Both the position numbers and the translations under genes were made by a program. The notes under the pieces are model-generated. The model had not been told where the DNA came from and did not search any database. It saw nothing but the letters and a program-made list of their open reading frames with translations. From the IMG/VR virus record IMGVR_UViG_3300045988_094222: 16,682 nucleotides of DNA. One strand, given 5' to 3'. The stretch comes from a virus. This document shows, in pieces, positions 12,053 through 16,682 of this stretch (within the stretch, counting starts at the first letter, position 1; each line of letters begins with the position of its first letter).

Positions 12053-13621
12053 TCAGGCGGTCTTGAACTTGACCGGGATAAGGCCGTCAACGTTTGTGGC
12101 GGCAACCGCCATATAGCCGTACACCGAATAGTTTTCGGTGAGCTTGGTCGGGTCGCCGTCGCTGAGCTGCGTGGGGCCACCGCTTTCCCACACCGTCACC
12201 GATTCGGGGTCGATGAAGCACGCCGTGCCAGCCGGGGCCTTGGGGAGCATCTGCACCGGCAGACGAAGGAACTTACCGGCGATGCCGGTCAGGTCGAAGT
12301 TGCCGATGGTGTCCGAGCCGTCGCCGGACAGGTCGAAGAATCGGGAACCGCTGTCTTTCAAGGCGATAAGCGAGGCCATAACGTCCTTGCTGACGCCAAG
12401 ACGGGTGAGGTTCACGTTACGGTCGTCGGCCAGTTCGGCGGCGTTCATAATCAGCGTGGCCCACTGGTCGATGGTCATGTTAGCAAGCGTGGCGGGCGCG
12501 TCGAGCTTGTTGGGGTTACTCGTCGCGTCACGCTGACCGGCGATGGTCGTATACAGGTAGTTGCGCACGGCGGTTTCGGTCGCCTTCGCGTAGGCGTTGC
12601 GCAATGCAGCCAATGCCGTGTTGAGCATTGGGGTGGTGGAACGCTCGATTACCTGACGGCTCATGGTGGTGTAGCCGCCGTAGGTGTCGATTGACACGCT
12701 CTTGGTGCCGAACGTGACCTTGCCGAACTTGAGCGCGTTGCCTTCCTCCGCCTGTTTCGTCGCGCCGGTGGTGTCGGTGCTGACCACGTTGTATTCCATG
12801 GTCATGCCCTTGTCCGGCAGTGTGTCGTGCGTGAGAATGTTCGTTACCTTGCGGCGCATTTCGATAAGCCGCAAATCGTCCGCAATCCAAGCGCTCGTGT
12901 TGCCGGTGCCGCCGGTGGCGATAAGGTCGCGGCATTCGTGCATGAGCGTCACGGCTGCTTCGTCTCCGCGAGAGAGCGCCTGTAGATAGTCTCCGGCGGT
13001 ACGGTATTCACCGCCCAAGGTCTTGTGTTCGGGGGTGCTGCCCTTGGCGATGGCGGCTTTCATGCTGCGCTGTTCGTCCTTGATGCCGTCAAGCATATTC
13101 TGTAGTTCCTTGTCCACCTTCGGTGCCTCGCTTTCGGTTGATTGGTTGTTGTTGGTGGTCTGCTGCGCGTTGCGCTGCCCGGTGATTTTCGCGGCCTCGT
13201 ACGCGGGCCATGACACCACCGACGTTTCCAACAGGCGCACGCGCTTGCGGTGCGTGATGCCCTGTTTGTCGGTCTCCGACTCGATTGGGATAAAACCGAC
13301 GCTCAACGAGTCCAGCGCGCCGTCACGCAACAATGCGACAGCGTCGCGGCCTCGCTGCGTGTCCGAGATTCGGGCCGTGATATGCAAGCCGTCTTCGCGG
13401 GGTTCGGCGTTGGTGATTCGTCCGATGGTCTCGCCATGCTCATAGCTGAGCTTGGCGCTGTCCACGTCATCGAACACGCAATCAGGGTCGAACGTCTCTT
13501 GGCCGTCCCATGTGTCGATAATCTGGCCGAACGGCACGGCGATGCCCTCAAGCGTGCGCCCGTCGCCTTCATCGCTGCTGCGAAGGCACACGCCACGCAA
13601 GCCGATATCGATTCTGTTCAC
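12053..13621 (-). CDS. Prohead protease (HK97/S78-type) fused to HK97-fold major capsid protein
   Basis: The N-terminal 150 or so aa (LEGIAVPFGQ...LSYEHGETIGRI...EDGLHITARI...DGALDSLSVGF...VSWPAYEAA) fit the prohead protease pattern. A Gln/Asn/Lys-rich coiled linker follows, then an approximately 330-aa capsid-like region. There is no separate protease or scaffold gene. A GTGA overlap links it to the portal stop. Confidence 0.8.
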   Translation of the reverse strand: MNRIDIGLRGVCLRSSDEGDGRTLEGIAVPFGQIIDTWDGQETFDPDCVFDDVDSAKLSYEHGETIGRITNAEPREDGLHITARISDTQRGRDAVALLRDGALDSLSVGFIPIESETDKQGITHRKRVRLLETSVVSWPAYEAAKITGQRNAQQTTNNNQSTESEAPKVDKELQNMLDGIKDEQRSMKAAIAKGSTPEHKTLGGEYRTAGDYLQALSRGDEAAVTLMHECRDLIATGGTGNTSAWIADDLRLIEMRRKVTNILTHDTLPDKGMTMEYNVVSTDTTGATKQAEEGNALKFGKVTFGTKSVSIDTYGGYTTMSRQVIERSTTPMLNTALAALRNAYAKATETAVRNYLYTTIAGQRDATSNPNKLDAPATLANMTIDQWATLIMNAAELADDRNVNLTRLGVSKDVMASLIALKDSGSRFFDLSGDGSDTIGNFDLTGIAGKFLRLPVQMLPKAPAGTACFIDPESVTVWESGGPTQLSDGDPTKLTENYSVYGYMAVAATNVDGLIPVKFKTA

Positions 13622-14754
13622 TGTTCGTCTCCAATCTGCTGGGGTTCCGGTGCCGGAACCAACGGGGGATATGATTCACGAGCGCGCACCTCGTTAACGG
13701 TTATCCACTTGGAATCAAGGGCGGTCTTGTAGGCGTTGAAACGGTCGCTCATGTCGGCGCGGCGGCTGCTGTCCCAATCGAAGCGGGCTTCGCGGCCACG
13801 CGGCAACAGGACGTTGAAAAGCTCCTCGATTTCGCCGGTGTAGGCCGAAAGCGTGTAGTCCGAAAACTCAATCCAGCTTTGCTCGATGTTGCTGTAGGTG
13901 AGGTTCGAGCCGTCGACGGCGGCAAGCATGATGCTTGCCGGAATGCCGAGCAAGCGGGCAATCTGCGTGGTGTCGAACTTCTGCGTCTCCAAAAACTGCA
14001 AGTCGGCGGGCTTCATGTCCAACGGGACATAGGTGAGATTGTTGCCCAGCACCTTCACGTCGGCGGCGGTGCCCTGTGCCTTCCAATCGTTCTTGGCCTG
14101 TTTCGCGTACTCGGGTGTCACCTTCTGCTCGGTCTTCAAGTAGCCCTTCAGGTTCGAGCTGTCCGTGTAGAAGCGTGCCTTGTAGTCGCGGGCCATTTTC
14201 GCGCCCTCAACCTCTTCGCGGGCGGCGCTGATTGGGCCAAGGCCACGCAAACGGCCCGGCACGTTCAAAAACTTGCAATGGACGATATCCGTGGGGCCGT
14301 AATCCTTGCCCAAGTAGCTGTATCGCAGTTTCGGGGCGGCGGGGTCGCTTCCATCGTCGGAAACGACAACCAGAGACGGCGGCAGCACCTCACACGACAC
14401 GATTTCACCGCCGAAACGCACCAACCGCACGAAGGCGTTGCCGTCCAACGCCATGCTTGCCACCATGTCCGCCAGAAAGTCACGACGGGAACGGTTCACG
14501 TCCGGCTGGGCCACGAGACTGCTGATAGAGTCCAGTTTGAGACCGGCGCGCGTCTCGTAAATCGGCAAGCCGGTTATAGCTGTCTGCAAAACCTGAATGC
14601 CGCGAAACACGGTGCTGAGCGCCAACGGGTCATGGGCGGTCGCACGGCTTGGCGGCATGATGCCAGCGGGCACGTCGGCCAACGCCTCGTTGCCGCGCTT
14701 CATCACGCCACCGGCCAGCTTCAAACGCTGCCACAAGCTCAAACGTCCATTCAT
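13618..14754 (-). CDS. Portal protein (HK97 family)
   Basis: LSTVFRGIQVLQTAITGLPIYETR...DGNAFVRLV... is portal-like, and the gene lies between TerL and capsid. I prefer the ATG at 14754 (MNGRLSLWQRLK). The track TTG start at 14826 lies inside the 10-bp repeat array. Confidence 0.85.
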   Translation of the reverse strand: MNGRLSLWQRLKLAGGVMKRGNEALADVPAGIMPPSRATAHDPLALSTVFRGIQVLQTAITGLPIYETRAGLKLDSISSLVAQPDVNRSRRDFLADMVASMALDGNAFVRLVRFGGEIVSCEVLPPSLVVVSDDGSDPAAPKLRYSYLGKDYGPTDIVHCKFLNVPGRLRGLGPISAAREEVEGAKMARDYKARFYTDSSNLKGYLKTEQKVTPEYAKQAKNDWKAQGTAADVKVLGNNLTYVPLDMKPADLQFLETQKFDTTQIARLLGIPASIMLAAVDGSNLTYSNIEQSWIEFSDYTLSAYTGEIEELFNVLLPRGREARFDWDSSRRADMSDRFNAYKTALDSKWITVNEVRARESYPPLVPAPEPQQIGDEQ

Positions 14755-14799
14755 GCCGCCCAGTATGCGAGAGTGGCGCGCCACGGGTCTAGCAGCGTG

Positions 14800-14850
14800 C
14801 CGCCAACTGCCGCCAACTGCCGCCAAGTACCGCCAAGTACCGCCAACAGC
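14800..14850. repeat. Five phased 10-bp tandem repeats CCGCCAA-NNN (minus strand: TTGGCGG every 10 bp)
   Basis: Reading frame-shifted by one base, the units are cgccaactgc x2 (14801..14820), cgccaagtac x2 (14821..14840) and cgccaacagc (14841..14850). The array is in the terL-portal intergenic gap. A perfect 12-bp palindrome, GTGGCGCGCCAC, lies at 14773..14784. Confidence 0.9.
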
Positions 14851-14866
14851 AACTAGGTGGTTGTTG

Positions 14867-16306
14867 TCAGTAGATTTGCAATGGGCCGTCTTCCTCTGGC
14901 ATGTGCGCGGCTCCCCACGCGGCCAACATGCACGATTCGAGCGGGCTGGTGAGACCGGTCGAGCCGCGTCGGGTCACGCGCCAAGCGTCACCGGCCCATG
15001 TGCGCGCGCTGTTGGCCGCGCTTGCGTCCAAGTCCGTGTCGGCGGCGTGAAGCACGGTGCCGTTGCTCAAACCGCTCACATAGGACTGGCCCACCGTGAG
15101 ATAGTCGGTGGCGGTCAAATCGCAGAATCGCACGGTTTCTTCGTCGCCCATGTGCCTCAACCGGTCGGCAAGGTCGGCGCTGGTGCCGCGTGTGTCAATC
15201 ACCAACGGCGCGGCGTATGTGTCGCACAACCGTTTGATTTCCGCGGGCGCGTGGCCGGTGCCGTCCATGATTTTGAGCAGTTGCGTGGTCACGCTGCCGT
15301 CATCGTTCACGATGCCCGCCGAAATGCTGGTGTGGGTCGCGTCCACGTCCACGGCGACACCGAACACCACCGGTCGCGCGCCCAGTTCGCTCGGGCTGAT
15401 AGGCGGAGCCGTGGTTGTGGCCCAAAGGTCGGCGTCAATCACCCTGTCGGTCACGCCTTCGTCTCGCTGGTTGCCGAATGCGCGCGCCCAGCCGCTCGGA
15501 TTGTTCCGCCATTGTTCGCGGAAGTCCGGCAGTTGGTCACGTCGCCAGAGCAGACCGGCGGCGGGGTGGTAGCGCATAATCATGTCAAGGTTCTCGGGGT
15601 CAGCGTCGGGCGGCAACCCGAAGTCAAACCAACAGGTACGCCGCGATTGGTCGCCCGCTCGGCATTCGTCAAGTTTCCGGTTGAAAAACGTGCTGTCCGC
15701 CGTGCCCTCGGTCGAGGTTATCCACAGCTGTGGCTGCACGCCGGTGGCTTGCAATCGTGTCGCCATGGTCGGCACGAAGCCGTCAAGAATCATGTTGCCG
15801 GTTTCCTCGCTTAGGCTAAACGCCTCGTCCAAGGTCACTTTGTCGCCCTGTACGCCGTGGCCTGATACCTTCGTCACCGATTTAGGCATGATGATGGAAC
15901 CGTTACGGAACGGCTGGGCCTCGCTGCCGCGTCCCATGTACGGCCTACCGGTGATGGGGGCGAGCGGTGAGGCTTGCAAAGTCTTCAGGAATTTCTTGAA
16001 GTGGTCGCCAGCGTCCTTGCCGGTCTGGGCGAGATAGTAGACATACCGGTTCGGTCCCCACTGCGTGTTCCGCGTGTCCCAAGCGTCCACCAGCGTTGAC
16101 TTGCCGCACTGGCGCGGCGTGCTGAGAATCACCGTGTCGTAGAAGTATGTTCCGGTGTCGGGGTCGATTTCGCCGGCCACGTCGGCCACGAGCCGTTGCC
16201 ACGGCAGCAAGGGCGTGCCCAGCAGTTCGGCAAAGCGGGCCACTATAGCGCCGTCAGTCCGGCGTTCCAAGTTCCGCGCGGTGCCGCCGCGCATTGGCAC
16301 GATCAC
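14867..16306 (-). CDS. terL: Terminase large subunit (Terminase_1-type)
   Basis: LLPWQRLVADV...ILSTPRQCGKSTLV is the Walker A context typical of this family. 479 aa. The GTG start overlaps the upstream TGA (GTGA). An alternative ATG lies at 16294. Confidence 0.9.
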   Translation of the reverse strand: MIVPMRGGTARNLERRTDGAIVARFAELLGTPLLPWQRLVADVAGEIDPDTGTYFYDTVILSTPRQCGKSTLVDAWDTRNTQWGPNRYVYYLAQTGKDAGDHFKKFLKTLQASPLAPITGRPYMGRGSEAQPFRNGSIIMPKSVTKVSGHGVQGDKVTLDEAFSLSEETGNMILDGFVPTMATRLQATGVQPQLWITSTEGTADSTFFNRKLDECRAGDQSRRTCWFDFGLPPDADPENLDMIMRYHPAAGLLWRRDQLPDFREQWRNNPSGWARAFGNQRDEGVTDRVIDADLWATTTAPPISPSELGARPVVFGVAVDVDATHTSISAGIVNDDGSVTTQLLKIMDGTGHAPAEIKRLCDTYAAPLVIDTRGTSADLADRLRHMGDEETVRFCDLTATDYLTVGQSYVSGLSNGTVLHAADTDLDASAANSARTWAGDAWRVTRRGSTGLTSPLESCMLAAWGAAHMPEEDGPLQIY

Positions 16307-16611
16307 GCCTTCGCCTCGGTCAGCAGCGCGGCCAGATTCTCGTCAAGCTCGGGGGCCTCGGGGTACAGTTCGCGCAAATGGTCGAAAGCGTTGTTATAGC
16401 TGTCTGCCAGCGTCGAAATGTTCTTGCCCAACGTCAGATAGCTATCGATGTTGTGCGCTATCGCGGTCATCAGCGCCGCGTAGGTGTCAGCGGCCTCGGT
16501 GACGGTCTTTCCATCGAAGAACGTCTTGAGGTTGGCGCGTGTGCGCGTCTCCATGAAGCCCTGACGATTGCCGATTTCCGAGAATCCCTCAAAGGTTCCC
16601 TGAATTGCCAT
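16303..16611 (-). CDS. Hypothetical protein in the small-terminase position
   Basis: 102-aa acidic helical protein translationally coupled to terL, with a GAGG ribosome-binding site. No DNA-binding motif was recognised, so the TerS call rests on position only. Confidence 0.4.
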   Translation of the reverse strand: MAIQGTFEGFSEIGNRQGFMETRTRANLKTFFDGKTVTEAADTYAALMTAIAHNIDSYLTLGKNISTLADSYNNAFDHLRELYPEAPELDENLAALLTEAKA

Positions 16612-16682
16612 TGTTCGCCTCTTTTCGTTGCAATTCCGCCGTTTTCAGGCTTTTTTTATTTTTGGTTGGGGGTGAAAAAAAC
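16564..16682. repeat. Right copy of the 119-nt terminal direct repeat
   Basis: Identical to 1..119. It contains the start codon (16611..16609) and the GAGG ribosome-binding site of the 16303..16611 gene. Confidence 0.95.

Larger units (their letters stand above)
1..16563. mobile_element. Unit-length genome of a miniature temperate tailed phage (integrase + attP + switch + full head/tail/lysis modules)
   Basis: The exact 119-nt overlap of the window ends gives a 16,563-bp unit. The gene content is complete: TerL, portal, protease-capsid, tail, tape measure, lysis, integrase and HTH regulators. Confidence 0.85.

Noticed and set aside
11819-12694. Long plus-strand ORFs antisense to structural genes (for example 11819..12694, 13879..14856, 14597..15814, 8332..9288, 6983..7786, 8840..9613)
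   Set aside because: They are fully embedded antisense to genes that have clear phage motifs. Their translations are Arg/Gly/Ala/Val/His-rich and low-complexity, with no ribosome-binding site context. Long spurious antisense ORFs are expected in GC-rich DNA.
13701-13709. DnaA-box-like TTATCCACT
   Set aside because: It is a single occurrence with one mismatch to the consensus, and it lies inside the portal coding region with no cluster or AT-rich unwinding element nearby.
14755-14826. Portal start at the TTG 14826
   Set aside because: It is a non-ATG start inside the 10-bp repeat array, and it gives an Arg/Ala/Gly-rich leader. The ATG at 14754 gives a typical portal N-terminus. This was kept as an alternative in the repeat-array finding.

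Overview
The first 119 nt of the window (1..119) are identical to the last 119 nt (16564..16682). The window is therefore one complete, self-closing unit of about 16,563 bp. I read it as a miniature temperate tailed phage (siphovirus-type tail, HK97-like head module) of a high-GC Gram-positive host. The host call (Actinomycetota-like) is inferred from GC-rich codon usage, leaderless-type promoters and the amidase/holin types; the host species cannot be determined from the sequence.

Nearly every gene is on the minus strand and forms one long, tightly coupled transcription direction. There are eight ATGA/GTGA stop-start overlaps. The order is: cro-like HTH (3095), five tiny early genes, a 390-bp non-coding GC-rich block (1541..1933), a basic protein, an excisionase-type HTH, an HNH/P-loop fusion, a candidate cos region across the circle junction, a putative small terminase, TerL, portal, a prohead-protease/major-capsid fusion, neck and tail genes, tail chaperones with a canonical -1 frameshift site, tape measure, two distal tail proteins, and a lysis cassette ending at 4879.

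Only three genes run on the plus strand: an XRE-family repressor-like gene, a tyrosine integrase and a lipoprotein moron.

The most interesting points are:
- The attP core (the 3' end of a tRNA, antisense) lies inside the 3' end of the repressor-like ORF and upstream of int. This resembles the integration-dependent immunity switches known from some mycobacteriophages.
- The switch has two divergent leaderless promoters and a 31-bp tandem operator-like duplication.
- An unexplained 390-bp structured non-coding block sits in an otherwise gap-free genome that has no recognisable replication genes.
- A phased 10-bp repeat array lies between terL and the portal gene.
- An HNH nuclease is fused to a P-loop kinase-like domain next to the presumed cos site.

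All functional calls rest on motifs I recognise by eye. No database search was run.
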